In this document: in pieces, positions 20,966-31,769 of the stretch
Numbering within the stretch: the stretch's first letter is position 1
Layout: each line of letters begins with the position of its first letter
Origin: an uncultured Bacilli bacterium
GTDB taxonomy: Bacteria > Bacillota_I > Bacilli_A > RF39 > UBA660
DNA length: 64,000 nt
Assembly: GCA_944372195.1 (NCBI GenBank)
Contig: CALVYK010000004.1
Location: 9,342-73,341, forward strand
Direction: 5' to 3'
Program-made: the position numbers and the translations under genes
The notes under the pieces: model-generated
What the model saw: only the letters and a program-made list of their open reading frames with translations
Told to the model about the DNA's origin: nothing
The model's database searches: none

Positions 20966-23167
20966 ATGAAGAAAATTATTTTAGAAGTTGAAGGAATGAC
21001 ATGCAGTGCTTGTTCAACGGGATTAGAAAAATATTTAAATAAACAAAATGGAATCATAAATGCTAGTGTAAATCTAGTAATGGCAAATGTTAGTGTCGAT
21101 TATGATGAAAAAATATTAAATCAAGAAAAGATAGAAAAATATATTAAACAAGCGGGATTTAAAAGTGGCGGAATTTTTAAAGAAGTTGATATTGTTAAAA
21201 GTAAAAAACATGAAAAAATAGAAGTTTTAATATTTTCTATTTTAGTAGTATTAATGATGTTTATATCACTAGTAAATATGTTTAAAATAAAAATACCATT
21301 AATATTTAATTTAGTTAGTAATCCTTTGATTTATACATTATTATTATTTGGCTTTGCAATATTATTTTTGATTTATGGCTTTGATATTTTAAAAAATGGA
21401 TATAAAAATTTAATTCACAAAATACCAAACATGGATACATTAGTTACATTGGGTGTAATCAGTAGTTTTATTTATAGTTTATATGGAATGTATAAAATTA
21501 TAGTAGGTGATTATAGTTATTTAGAAAATTTATATTTTGAATCATCTGTTATGGTTATTTATTTTGTTAAATTGGGTAGATTTTTAGAAGGAATTAACAA
21601 AGATAAAACTAAAGAAGCAATAAAAAAGTTAGTTGAAATAACGCCTAATCAAGCCGTTATTGAAATTGATGGCAAAGAAAAAATAATAACTTTAGATGAA
21701 ATAAAAAAAGGTAATATATTAATAAGTAAGCCTGGAGAAAAAATAGCAGTTGATGGGAAGATAATTGAAGGTAAGGCTCATTTTGATGAATCATTTATAA
21801 CAGGAGAAAGTAAGCCAGTAATGAAAGAAAATGGTCAAAATATTATTGCTGGAAGTTTTAACTATGATGGTTTTATAAAATACGAGGCGGAAAAAATTGG
21901 TAAAGAATCGACTATTTCTGAAATAGTGCGATTAGTAATTGAAGCAAGCAATTCAAAACCTAAAATTGCTAAAACAGTAGATAAAATATCAGGATTTTTT
22001 GTTCCGATTGTTTTAATTATTGCTTTTGTAACATTTTTAGTTTATTTGTTATTAGGATATGATTTATCAGATGCTATTGAACCATTTATTACGATATTAG
22101 TAGTTGCTTGTCCTTGTAGTTTAGGGCTTGCTACACCACTTGCTATTGTAGTAAGTGAAGGTGTATGCATTAATAATGGAATATTAGTTAAGAAAAGTGA
22201 AGTTCTTGAAACAGCATCAAAAATTGATACAATAGTTTTTGATAAAACTGGAACACTTACTTATGGAAAACTAAAAATATCTAAAATGTATAATTATAGT
22301 AATTTAAGTGATGAAAAACTTTTACAAATTGTAGGAAGTATTGAAGCAAAATCAACTCATCCGATTAAAGAAGCATTTGTTGATTTTATGAAAAATAAAA
22401 AATTAAATAATTTGCAAGTAAAAGAATTTAAAAATATATCCGGATATGGAGTAAGTGGTAAAATAGAAAATCAAGAATATTTGTTAGGCAGTAGAAGTTT
22501 AGTAGAAAAATATAATATTCCTAATTCTTATATTAAAGATGAAGAAAAATTAACTGCTTTAGGAAATAGTATTGTCTATGTAATTAAAAATAAAAAAATA
22601 ATAGCTTTAATCGGGACTAATGATATTATAAGAACTAATGCTCATCAAATTATAGAAGAATTAAACAAAATGAATATTCAAACTATAATGCTAACAGGTG
22701 ATAATAAAAAAACGGCTGAAATTATTGGTAAAAAAATAGAAATTAGAAAAATAATTTCTAATGCTTTACCAAAAGAAAAAGTTAATATCATTAAACAACT
22801 TAAAGAAGAAAATAAAATTGTAATGATGTGTGGCGACGGTATAAACGATAGTCCTGCTTTAGCGAATAGTGATATAGGTGTTAGTGTAAAAAGTGGTACC
22901 GATATTGCAATAGATTCTTCGGATGTAATATTAATAAAAAATGATTTAAATTCTATTTTAAAACTAATAAATATAAGTGAAAAAACGATAAAAAATATAA
23001 AGCAAAATTTATTCTGGGCCTTTTTTTACAATGTTTTAATGATACCGATTGCTATGGGATTATTAAAGCCAATAGGTATTTCAATAAATCCGATGATCGC
23101 AAGTTTAGCAATGGTACTTAGTAGTTTAATAGTGGTTGCTAATACGTTAAGATTAAGAAAAATATAA
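20966..23167 (+). CDS. copA: Copper-exporting P1B-type ATPase
   Basis: GMTCSAC, TGES, CPC, DKTGT, HP, GDGIND, YN..MxxSS. Confidence 0.92.
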   Translation: MKKIILEVEGMTCSACSTGLEKYLNKQNGIINASVNLVMANVSVDYDEKILNQEKIEKYIKQAGFKSGGIFKEVDIVKSKKHEKIEVLIFSILVVLMMFISLVNMFKIKIPLIFNLVSNPLIYTLLLFGFAILFLIYGFDILKNGYKNLIHKIPNMDTLVTLGVISSFIYSLYGMYKIIVGDYSYLENLYFESSVMVIYFVKLGRFLEGINKDKTKEAIKKLVEITPNQAVIEIDGKEKIITLDEIKKGNILISKPGEKIAVDGKIIEGKAHFDESFITGESKPVMKENGQNIIAGSFNYDGFIKYEAEKIGKESTISEIVRLVIEASNSKPKIAKTVDKISGFFVPIVLIIAFVTFLVYLLLGYDLSDAIEPFITILVVACPCSLGLATPLAIVVSEGVCINNGILVKKSEVLETASKIDTIVFDKTGTLTYGKLKISKMYNYSNLSDEKLLQIVGSIEAKSTHPIKEAFVDFMKNKKLNNLQVKEFKNISGYGVSGKIENQEYLLGSRSLVEKYNIPNSYIKDEEKLTALGNSIVYVIKNKKIIALIGTNDIIRTNAHQIIEELNKMNIQTIMLTGDNKKTAEIIGKKIEIRKIISNALPKEKVNIIKQLKEENKIVMMCGDGINDSPALANSDIGVSVKSGTDIAIDSSDVILIKNDLNSILKLINISEKTIKNIKQNLFWAFFYNVLMIPIAMGLLKPIGISINPMIASLAMVLSSLIVVANTLRLRKI

Positions 23168-23179
23168 AAAGGTGCGATA

Positions 23180-23479
23180 ATGTTAAAAGAAAAAGTATAT
23201 AATTATTTACTTACAATTCCTAAAGGAAAAGTTGTGACTTATAAACAAATTGCTGAACACTTAGGTAATACTAAATTAGCGCGAGTAGTAGGAAATATAT
23301 TACATAAAAACCCTAACGAAAAAAAATATCCTTGTTATAAAGTAGTAAACAGTAAAGGATATTTATCAAAAAATTTTGCTTTTGGCGGAATTGAAAAACA
23401 AAAAGAAAAATTAGAAAAAGAAAATATTGAAGTTTCTGATTATAAAGTTAATTTAGAAAAATATCAGTATAAAGATTAA
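23180..23479 (+). CDS. MGMT/alkyltransferase-like DNA-binding protein
   Basis: IPKGKVVTYKQIA, ARVVG, PCYKVV. Confidence 0.85.
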   Translation: MLKEKVYNYLLTIPKGKVVTYKQIAEHLGNTKLARVVGNILHKNPNEKKYPCYKVVNSKGYLSKNFAFGGIEKQKEKLEKENIEVSDYKVNLEKYQYKD

Positions 23480-23492
23480 TATAAAAACAAAT

Positions 23493-23828
23493 CTAATTAG
23501 GTTTGTTTTTTTCTCCCCAGTCACATAATTGATCTAAAATAGGCATCAAAGATTTACCTTTTTGAGATAAAAAATATTCTACTTTAGGGGGAATTTTTTG
23601 ATATTCTTTTCTTATAATTAATCCGCAATCTTCTAATTCTTTTAAATTTGAAGTTAATGTTTTAAAAGAAATAGGATCTATAAACCTTTTTAGTTCGTTA
23701 TATCTAAATGTTCCATAAAAAGCTAAAGCATATAAAATAGGTAACTTATATTTTCCTGATATTAGAGACATGCTATATGAAAAACCAGTATTTTGAAAAT
23801 TCATTCCTTTTTTTATACAATTATTCAT
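23493..23828 (-). CDS. HxlR-family winged-helix regulator
   Basis: ISGKYK..IL, RYNEL, LKELE, PPKVEYFLS. Confidence 0.9.
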   Translation of the reverse strand: MNNCIKKGMNFQNTGFSYSMSLISGKYKLPILYALAFYGTFRYNELKRFIDPISFKTLTSNLKELEDCGLIIRKEYQKIPPKVEYFLSQKGKSLMPILDQLCDWGEKNKPN

Positions 23829-23920
23829 TTCACACTCTCCTTTAAGTAAGTACTTTAACTTCTTTTTTAATTTACTTATTAAATTATAAATGATATAATT
23901 ATATTAATAAGGAGTGTCAT

Positions 23921-24418
23921 ATGAAAATAGCAATTATTTATTCAAGTATTACAGGTAATACTAAATTATTAGCTGAGACTATAAAAAATGAATTAAAAGA
24001 AGATGCAGTTTATTTTGGAAAACCAAATGATGATATTGATGCTGATATCTATTTTATTGGATCTTGGACTAATAAAGGTGATGCATCTATTGATATTATA
24101 AATTATTTAAAGAAATTGAAAAACAAAAAAATAGCCTACTTTGCAACAGCTGGATATGGTGGTAGTAGTGAATATTACAATACTTTATTTAATCGTGTAA
24201 AGCAATATATTGATTCTTCTAATACTATTTTAGGTAGTTTTTATTGTCAGGGTAAAATGCCTATTCAAGTAAAAGAACGTTACGTAAAAATGATAACTGA
24301 ACATCCAGAAGACAAAAATTTAGAAGTAAGTCTTAAGAATTTTGAAGATGCTCTTACACATCCAGATAAAAAAGATTTAGAAAATGTTAAAAAATGGGTA
24401 AATAAAATATTAAAATAA
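23921..24418 (+). CDS. Flavodoxin family protein
   Basis: YSSITGNT, GSWTNKG, CQGKM, THPD. Confidence 0.88.
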   Translation: MKIAIIYSSITGNTKLLAETIKNELKEDAVYFGKPNDDIDADIYFIGSWTNKGDASIDIINYLKKLKNKKIAYFATAGYGGSSEYYNTLFNRVKQYIDSSNTILGSFYCQGKMPIQVKERYVKMITEHPEDKNLEVSLKNFEDALTHPDKKDLENVKKWVNKILK

Positions 24419-24444
24419 ATATTATATTAAAAAGGAGAGATAAA

Positions 24445-25464
24445 ATGAAAAATATTTTAAAATTTATTTTGTTCTTAATAATAAGTTTTGCTTTGATTAG
24501 TCCTATTAAAGCTGCTACTAATCCTTATGCTCAATCAGGTACTTATGATATTAATTGTACTTGGTATGCATGGAAGATGGCTTATGAAAAAGGCAAAGTT
24601 GCACTACCCAGTTGGGGAAATGCAAATCAGTGGTATAATGAAGCTAAAAATGATGGTTATAAGGTAGGTAAAACACCTAAAGCTAATTCAATTGTGGTAT
24701 GGAACAATTGGACAAAATATGGTCATGTTGGCTATGTAGAAAAGGTCGCAGGAGAAAGTATTTATGTTTGGGATTCAACCGGCCCTTGTCTTGATGAAGA
24801 AGATCCGGAATTTATTGAATGTATTGCTAATAGTATAAATCAAGATACTGAAAAAATTTGTTATCAAAATGCCAAAAGAATTGCATGCGAATATGATGTT
24901 AATGATCCTTATTATATTATAACAGGTTTTATATATTTAGATGAAATACCAAAAAAAGAAAATACATCATCAAATAATACATCTAACAATACATCTAATA
25001 AAACCGAGAAGCCTACTGTTGTTACAAAATCAAATAATAACAATTTAAGTAATATTGAATTAAGTGTGGGAAATTTAACCTTTGATAAAAACATTTTAGA
25101 ATATAATGTCGAAGTTTTAAATGATTTAGATACAATAACAATAAATGCAACTAAAGAAGATGAAAAATCAACTATTGAAGGAACTGGTGAATATGAATTA
25201 AATGTCGGTTTAAATGAATTTAAATTAATTGTGACAGCCGAAGATAATAGTAAGAAAGAATATGTTATTAATATAACAAGAAAAGAACCAGAAATAATGG
25301 ATGAAATTGAAGAAGGTAAACAAGAAAATATTGTAGAGAATGTCGAAGAAGTTAATGAAAATAATAGCAAAATAGACATTTATGCAATAGTTATTCCTAC
25401 AATTGCTGTTTTGGTAATTATTTTAATATTTGTTTTAAAAAAGAGATTAGGTAAAAATGAATAA
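24445..25464 (+). CDS. Secreted CHAP-domain peptidoglycan hydrolase with cadherin-like beta-sandwich and C-terminal TM anchor
   Basis: Signal peptide; NCTWYA..WGNA..W, GHVGYVE; SNNNNLSNI..VTAEDNS; C-terminal TM plus basic tail. Confidence 0.85.
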   Translation: MKNILKFILFLIISFALISPIKAATNPYAQSGTYDINCTWYAWKMAYEKGKVALPSWGNANQWYNEAKNDGYKVGKTPKANSIVVWNNWTKYGHVGYVEKVAGESIYVWDSTGPCLDEEDPEFIECIANSINQDTEKICYQNAKRIACEYDVNDPYYIITGFIYLDEIPKKENTSSNNTSNNTSNKTEKPTVVTKSNNNNLSNIELSVGNLTFDKNILEYNVEVLNDLDTITINATKEDEKSTIEGTGEYELNVGLNEFKLIVTAEDNSKKEYVINITRKEPEIMDEIEEGKQENIVENVEEVNENNSKIDIYAIVIPTIAVLVIILIFVLKKRLGKNE

Positions 25465-26458
25465 AAAGTTTAGATTAATTTATAAACTGATAATTGAATT
25501 AATTTTTATAATAATGTTGTTTTACACTTTTTTAAGAAATAATATTTTGATTAATTTACTATTTTTACCTTTTATAATTTGTATAGCTGGTAGTTTTGTA
25601 AAAATAATATTTTTATTAAAAGGTGAAAATGTGAATAATAGTATTCTTGGAAAAATATCTATTGTTGGCTATTTCTCTTTTGTATTTCTATTTTTAATAA
25701 TATGGGCAGTTTTATCTATATTAAGTAAAGATTATTTCTTAATAATTTTATCTATTCCATTTTGGTTAATTTGTGTTTTTTCTGTAAAAAAAAGATTGTT
25801 TGAAAAAGATGTAAAAATATTTAAAAATATTAATTTTAAACAAATGTTTCCTTATATATTTTTGAGTTTGTTTATCTTAATTGGTATTATTATGTTATAT
25901 TTTGGAGCAAGTAGTTTATTAAAAAAAGTTATTAAAACAAGTAATTATGTTGACATTGTTGGTTACTTTGTTGATTATGAAATATATGATAGTGATGAAG
26001 ATGGAGCAACTTATAAATTGATTTATTCTTATACAATTAATGATAATGAATATACTGTTTCAACTGATTATGGAACTAGTATAATTCCGAAAGAAGGTAG
26101 TACTAGAAATATTAAATATAATCCAAATGATCCTAGCCAAGCAATTATAGCTGGTGGTAGTAGAGAAATTATATTATTATTGATTGGATTTATGTTTACA
26201 ATGATTCCGTTTATTATGATTATAAATATATCGCCTAAAATAAAAGAAAAAGTAGTTAATTTAAACTTTAATTTAACAAATTTATTAATAGGTATTATAT
26301 TTTTAATGATTGGTCTTATGGCTTTATATATGATGACTGGTACATTGTCAATTATAAAAATATATAAATCATTTAGTTTAAACTATTTAATACCATATTT
26401 AATTTTAATAATATTTATTATAGTTGGCATTATATTAATTAAAAAAAGTTTTAAATGA
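25457..26458 (+). CDS. DUF3592-like membrane protein
   Basis: Multi-TM with a soluble insert YSYTIND.EY...IKYNPNDP. Confidence 0.7.
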   Translation: MNKKFRLIYKLIIELIFIIMLFYTFLRNNILINLLFLPFIICIAGSFVKIIFLLKGENVNNSILGKISIVGYFSFVFLFLIIWAVLSILSKDYFLIILSIPFWLICVFSVKKRLFEKDVKIFKNINFKQMFPYIFLSLFILIGIIMLYFGASSLLKKVIKTSNYVDIVGYFVDYEIYDSDEDGATYKLIYSYTINDNEYTVSTDYGTSIIPKEGSTRNIKYNPNDPSQAIIAGGSREIILLLIGFMFTMIPFIMIINISPKIKEKVVNLNFNLTNLLIGIIFLMIGLMALYMMTGTLSIIKIYKSFSLNYLIPYLILIIFIIVGIILIKKSFK

Positions 26459-26756
26459 ACAATATGAAAAATATAAATCTATATCTACTAAAATAAATGA
26501 ATTTTATCCGGGTGAACCTCATGAAACAAATGCAATTAATAAAGCTTTAACATGGTATGGTGTTGAAATGAAAACACTTATGGATAACAGTTCTTCTAAA
26601 ATTGCTGAATTATTGCTTCAAGTAACTAATATGGGAATTATTGAAGGTAGAAAATTATTAAATCATAAGGAAACTGATGAAAAAGTTCACAAATTAATTC
26701 AAGAATATGTCGATATGCAAGAAGAGATGATCGAAAAATTAAAGCAATTTTTATAG
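26439..26756 (+). pseudogene. 5'-truncated gene (KKVLNEQYEKY...EPHETN...SKIAELLLQ.TNMGIIEGRKLLN)
   Basis: Frame open from 26439 with no RBS or start; its 5' end is overlapped by the upstream gene. Confidence 0.55.
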
Positions 26757-26799
26757 AATAAGTTTATATTAAAAGTAATAAAATAATAATGGTGATATA

Positions 26800-27255
26800 A
26801 TGAAAATTAATTTTAAATCATTATTATTATGTATCGTTATTACTTTTTTTATTGGTAGTTTTTTTGCTCTATTTATTAATAGTAATTCATATGTTGATTT
26901 AAATAAAGCAATTGATGTTCCAGGTTATATTTTTCCAATTGTTTGGATTATTTTATATCTAATAATGGGAATATCATTATATATTATTTATGAAAGTTTT
27001 GGTTATAATAAAAAAGATGCTATAAAAACTTATTTTTTACAATTATTAGTTAATTCTTTTTGGACTTTAATATTTTTTGGATTTAAATTATATTTATTTG
27101 GTTTTATTTGGATTTTATTATTAATAGTATTAGTTATTATGATGATTATTAAATTTTATAATATTAATAAATTTGCTGGATTGATGAATATTCCATATTT
27201 ATTTTGGTTATTTTTTGCTGCTTTTTTAAATTTATCTATTGTTATTTTAAATTAG
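26800..27255 (+). CDS. tspO: TspO/MBR family protein
   Basis: PGYIFPIVWIILY..MG, QL.VN..W..IFF, IPYLFWL.FA. Confidence 0.88.
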   Translation: MKINFKSLLLCIVITFFIGSFFALFINSNSYVDLNKAIDVPGYIFPIVWIILYLIMGISLYIIYESFGYNKKDAIKTYFLQLLVNSFWTLIFFGFKLYLFGFIWILLLIVLVIMMIIKFYNINKFAGLMNIPYLFWLFFAAFLNLSIVILN

Positions 27256-27331
27256 AAATTATTGTAAATCATAAATGATTAAATTAAGCTAATAATATAA
27301 ATGTAGTCTATGTTAGAAAAGGAGATGTCTG

Positions 27332-28294
27332 ATGTTTAAAAAAGCACTTCTTTTCCTTCTTCTATTTGTTCCTTCTATTGCTTTAGCTTATTCAGACTAC
27401 GTTTATGTTGGTGGTGAAAACATCGGTATTGAATTAAAAGCAGATGGTGTTTTAATAGTCGGTTTTTACAAAGTAAATGATTCTTATATTGCTAGTGATG
27501 CTGGATTACAAATTGGTGATAGAATAGTTTCAGTTAACAATCAAAAAATCAATTCTATTTATGATTTAACTAATCAAATTAAAGCAAGTAATGGTAATAT
27601 AAATGTTACTTATGTAAGAGATAATCAAACTAAAACAACAGCTTTAACTTTGCCAAAAGAAAACAATACCTACAAAACAGGTATTTATGTAAAAGATAGT
27701 ATTACAGGTATTGGGACATTGACTTATGTTGATCCAAATACAAAATTGTTTGGAGCATTAGGACACGAAATAATCGATAGTAGAACTGGTCAAATTTTAG
27801 ATATTTCTGGTGGCAGTATTTATGATTCAACTGTTACAGGTATTGAACCAAGTTCTAATGGAACACCTGGCGAAAAGAATGCTCAAATAAATACAGAAAA
27901 TATCAATGGCACAATATTTGAAAATACTATAAAAGGTATATTTGGCAATTATACAAGCAATTTCGATGATTCAAAACTTTATAAAGTTGCTAAGCCTGAT
28001 GAAATAAAAAAAGGTAGTGCTAAAATTTTAACTGTTTTAGAAGATGATGTAGTAAAAGAATATGAAATTGAAATTACTAAAATAAGTAAAAATCAAGATA
28101 CTAAAAACATATCATTTAAGATAACAGATTCTGAATTACTTCAAAAAACAAATGGTATAGTGCAGGGGATGAGTGGTTCACCTATTATTCAGGATGACTA
28201 CATAATAGGTGCGGTTACCCATGTCGTTGTTGATAATCCACATAAAGGTTATGGTATATTTATTACTAGTATGTTAGAAGAAGGAGAAAACTAA
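27332..28294 (+). CDS. spoIVB: SpoIVB peptidase (S55) with PDZ domain
   Basis: GIGTLTY, FGALGH, GIVQGMSGSPIIQ, GAVTHV. Confidence 0.93.
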   Translation: MFKKALLFLLLFVPSIALAYSDYVYVGGENIGIELKADGVLIVGFYKVNDSYIASDAGLQIGDRIVSVNNQKINSIYDLTNQIKASNGNINVTYVRDNQTKTTALTLPKENNTYKTGIYVKDSITGIGTLTYVDPNTKLFGALGHEIIDSRTGQILDISGGSIYDSTVTGIEPSSNGTPGEKNAQINTENINGTIFENTIKGIFGNYTSNFDDSKLYKVAKPDEIKKGSAKILTVLEDDVVKEYEIEITKISKNQDTKNISFKITDSELLQKTNGIVQGMSGSPIIQDDYIIGAVTHVVVDNPHKGYGIFITSMLEEGEN

Positions 28295-28316
28295 GAGGAT
28301 ATTTCCTCTTTTTTTA
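28293..28316 (+). terminator. Rho-independent terminator after spoIVB
   Basis: AAGAGGA-tatt-TCCTCTT plus T-run. Confidence 0.75.
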
Positions 28317-28416
28317 TTATAAATAATTAAATAACTTGATTTTTTTTAAAATATAGGTTATAAATATTTATATATAATTTTTAGTTTTTGTACTAAAATA
28401 TAAGGAGAATTTAATT

Positions 28417-28743
28417 ATGGATATAAAAGAATTTTATGGCATTGGTATTATAGAAGTTTTTTGGAGATATGATGAATTTACTGAAGATTGGAAAAAAGCT
28501 TTTATAGAAATATATATTCCAAAAAATGAAGGATTTAATTATGGAGAGCAATATTGTATTAAATATTCTTTTTTAAATAATAATATTGTTGTTAATGAGG
28601 AAATATTTGAATCATCAAAATTAAATTTATCTTATAAAAAAATAAATGAAAATTTATATGATGTTTATATTTTATGTGAAAAACACAGATTTAATAAAGC
28701 TCAATTATTATATTTAATAGATATTATAAATAAGAAAAATTAA
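28417..28743 (+). CDS. Hypothetical protein
   Basis: ORF with AAGGAG RBS. Confidence 0.65.
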   Translation: MDIKEFYGIGIIEVFWRYDEFTEDWKKAFIEIYIPKNEGFNYGEQYCIKYSFLNNNIVVNEEIFESSKLNLSYKKINENLYDVYILCEKHRFNKAQLLYLIDIINKKN

Positions 28744-28918
28744 TAATATTTTTCATTATGTTATAATAAGATTGTAGAGATTTTATAAAAAAATAAAATA
28801 AGAAATATAATAATGTCAGAACTGGTTGGAAAATAATTAAAATATTGAATTTGTGCTTATGAAAAAAATATATAAGTGAAGAAAAACACAATAAATTAAA
28901 AAGAGGATTATCCTCTTT

Positions 28919-29008
28919 TTAAATTAATACTAATGATGCTAATGTTGATATTACCATAATTGCTAACATAACAATAGCCATTACTTTTCCTATTTTCTCG
29001 TTTTTCAA
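28919..29008 (-). CDS. Small membrane protein, DUF4044/Prli42-like (MKNEKIGKVMAIVMLAIMVISTLASLVLI)
   Basis: TTG start after AAGGTGA; basic N-terminus plus TM helix; terminator hairpin AAAAGAGGA-t-TATCCTCTTTT adjacent; absent from the ORF track. Confidence 0.65.
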   Translation of the reverse strand: MKNEKIGKVMAIVMLAIMVISTLASLVLI

Positions 29009-29094
29009 TTTAATCACCTTAGTTAATTATACTATATTTTTTAAAAAAAAGGAATATTTTTATTTAATTTTAATATCTTTAATTAGGTGAAAAT

Positions 29095-29706
29095 ATGGAC
29101 AAACTAAAAATAAAAATAAATAAAAAAATATTCGTATTCTTATTTGTATTAATGTTAATTGGAATAATTGCTGGATCTATTTTTACAACAATTTTAAATA
29201 ATTCTGATAAAGAATTGGTAATTAATCATTTAAACAATTTTATTGATAATATAAATAATGATAAATTAGATTATTTATTTGCTTTAAAAAACAATTTAAT
29301 TACCAATATCAGCTATGTAATATTAATATGGTTATTAGGTATATCAGTTATTGGATTACCTATTATAATTATTATGTTTTTTACAAAATGTTTTATTTTA
29401 GGTTTTAGTGTAGGATCTGTTTTAACAACTTTTAAATTAAAAGGAATATTAGTAAGTTTAGTATATGTTTTTCCAGGTCAAGTGATTAGCTTATTATTTT
29501 TGTTATTACTAATGATGTATTCGATGAGTTTTACTTTTAAATTGATATATGCAATATTAAAAAAGAAATCAATTGATTTTAAACTGATTATGAATAAATA
29601 TTTTAAAATTTTATTAATTGTTTTAGTAGTTATTATATTAATGAGTTTATACGACACTTATTTAATGCTAAGATTAATAAAACTTTTAATTCCTTTCATT
29701 ATGTGA
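29095..29706 (+). CDS. spoIIM: Stage II sporulation protein M
   Basis: IWLLGISVIGLP..K.F..GF..G; multi-TM. Confidence 0.85.
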   Translation: MDKLKIKINKKIFVFLFVLMLIGIIAGSIFTTILNNSDKELVINHLNNFIDNINNDKLDYLFALKNNLITNISYVILIWLLGISVIGLPIIIIMFFTKCFILGFSVGSVLTTFKLKGILVSLVYVFPGQVISLLFLLLLMMYSMSFTFKLIYAILKKKSIDFKLIMNKYFKILLIVLVVIILMSLYDTYLMLRLIKLLIPFIM

Positions 29707-29729
29707 TATAATGTTTTCGGTGAAGACGT

Positions 29730-30830
29730 ATGAAAAAAGTTGTAGTTGGTATGTCAGGCGGTGTTGATAGTAGTGTAGCTGCTATTTTACTTAAAGAACA
29801 AGGCTATGAAGTAATAGGATTATTTATGCGTAATTGGGATGCTTCTTTAAATAATGATATTTTAGGTAATCCAACATTAAATAATAATATTTGTCCCCAA
29901 GAACAAGATTATAATGATGCTATAGAAGTTTGTAAAAAAATAGGTATTCCATTACATAGAGTAGATTTTGTTAAAGAATATTGGGATTATGTATTTACTT
30001 ATTTTTTAGATGAATTAAAAAAAGGAAGAACTCCTAATCCTGACATAATGTGTAATAAATATATTAAATTTGATATGTTCGCTAAAGAAGCAATTAAATT
30101 AGGTGCTGATTATATTGCTACTGGTCATTATGCTAGAATGGTTGATGGCAAATTATTAAGAGGAGTGGACGATAATAAAGATCAAACTTATTTTTTATCT
30201 CAAGTATCTAAAGAACAATTAAAAAATGTATTATTTCCTGTTGGACATTTAAATAAAAAAGAAGTAAGAGAAATAGCTAATAAATATGATTTGATTACAG
30301 CAAATAAAAAAGATTCAACTGGTATTTGTTTTATTGGTGAAAGAAATATTACTAAATTTTTGGAAAACTATTTACCTAATACTCCAGGTGATATTGTTAA
30401 TATTGAAAATAATGAAGTTATAGGTAAACACATTGGTTTGATGTATTATACAATTGGTCAAAGAAGAGGATTAAATATTGGTGGTTATGAAGATAGAATG
30501 TTTGTTGTTGGTAAAGATTTAAATAAAAATATTTTATATATATCTTTAGGTAATAGTGAATATCTATATAGTGATTCATGTATCGTTACTGATATTAATT
30601 GGTTAGGTGATGAAAAAGTTAGTAAATGTACAGCTAAGTTTAGATATCGACAACCTGATAATGATGTTGAATTAGAGTTTATTGATGATTATATTTTAGT
30701 TAAATATCCTCAAAAAGTTAAATCTGTAACACCAGGTCAAGCATGTGTATTTTATTTAGGTGAACAATGCTTAGGTGGTGGCATAATTAAAGAAGTAAGG
30801 AAAAATAATGAAAAACTTTGGTATCTCTAA
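29730..30830 (+). CDS. mnmA: tRNA 2-thiouridylase MnmA
   Basis: [44 protein letters not shown]. Confidence 0.98.
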   Translation: MKKVVVGMSGGVDSSVAAILLKEQGYEVIGLFMRNWDASLNNDILGNPTLNNNICPQEQDYNDAIEVCKKIGIPLHRVDFVKEYWDYVFTYFLDELKKGRTPNPDIMCNKYIKFDMFAKEAIKLGADYIATGHYARMVDGKLLRGVDDNKDQTYFLSQVSKEQLKNVLFPVGHLNKKEVREIANKYDLITANKKDSTGICFIGERNITKFLENYLPNTPGDIVNIENNEVIGKHIGLMYYTIGQRRGLNIGGYEDRMFVVGKDLNKNILYISLGNSEYLYSDSCIVTDINWLGDEKVSKCTAKFRYRQPDNDVELEFIDDYILVKYPQKVKSVTPGQACVFYLGEQCLGGGIIKEVRKNNEKLWYL

Positions 30831-30908
30831 AGTTTTTTTCATATACTTTTACTTTACGCTTGACAATTGACAATAATGTGGTAAAATTATTGTAGGAGGG
30901 TTAACAAA

Positions 30909-31679
30909 ATGAATAAATTAAACGAATTGTTACATGAACTTGGCATATCTAAAGTCAAATTAGCAAAATTTTTAGGAGTATCTAGACAAATGATATACAA
31001 TTATTTGGAATTAGATAATATCAATAAATGGCCAAAAGATAAGAAAGTATTATTATTAAATTTATTAGGAGTAAAATCAGCTGAAGAAATTAATAAAATA
31101 AAAATTACTACTGATTATATATATGAAGTAGATGATAGACTTAATTCTTTAGCAAAATCTAATGATGGAGAAAATAATTTAGCATTAGACGGCTTAGGTA
31201 AAAAACAAAAAATATTATTACAAGATATTATAGAATTATTAAAAGAAAAAGTAGAAGACGAAAATGATAGTGATGGATATTACACATTATTGTATTTGTA
31301 TCATTATCTACAATCAATTGATAATTCTAAAGAATTGAAATATATTTTAGGTTATGTATCTAAAGCAGCAGGTTTTACAAAACCAATGGAATTTGTTTTT
31401 GATGAAGAACAACAATTTACTTTTGAAAGTATTTTATTTTCAGCATTTTCATTGTATAACGGTGGTGGAGCTTCTAAAACTAAGTTAGCTGCATCTCACG
31501 AAAGATTTGTAGCTCAAATTGAACATAAAATTGAAGAAAAGATGAGTAGAACAATGGAATTAAATACTGTTAAAGTACAAGCTTTAAAAGAATTAGGATA
31601 TACTGAAATAAATGAAAATAATGCTACTGAAGTATTTGAAAAAATAGCCGAAATACAATCAAGAAAAGTAACTAATTAA
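30909..31679 (+). CDS. XRE-like helix-turn-helix protein
   Basis: LAKFLGVSRQMIYNY N-terminal HTH. Confidence 0.75.
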   Translation: MNKLNELLHELGISKVKLAKFLGVSRQMIYNYLELDNINKWPKDKKVLLLNLLGVKSAEEINKIKITTDYIYEVDDRLNSLAKSNDGENNLALDGLGKKQKILLQDIIELLKEKVEDENDSDGYYTLLYLYHYLQSIDNSKELKYILGYVSKAAGFTKPMEFVFDEEQQFTFESILFSAFSLYNGGGASKTKLAASHERFVAQIEHKIEEKMSRTMELNTVKVQALKELGYTEINENNATEVFEKIAEIQSRKVTN

Positions 31680-31769
31680 GTTGGTGATGTGTATGAAAAA
31701 AAGTAATATAATATAAATTTAAGAGCAATAGGTTTATTGTCTCTTTTTTTGTGGATAGGAGTATTTTAA

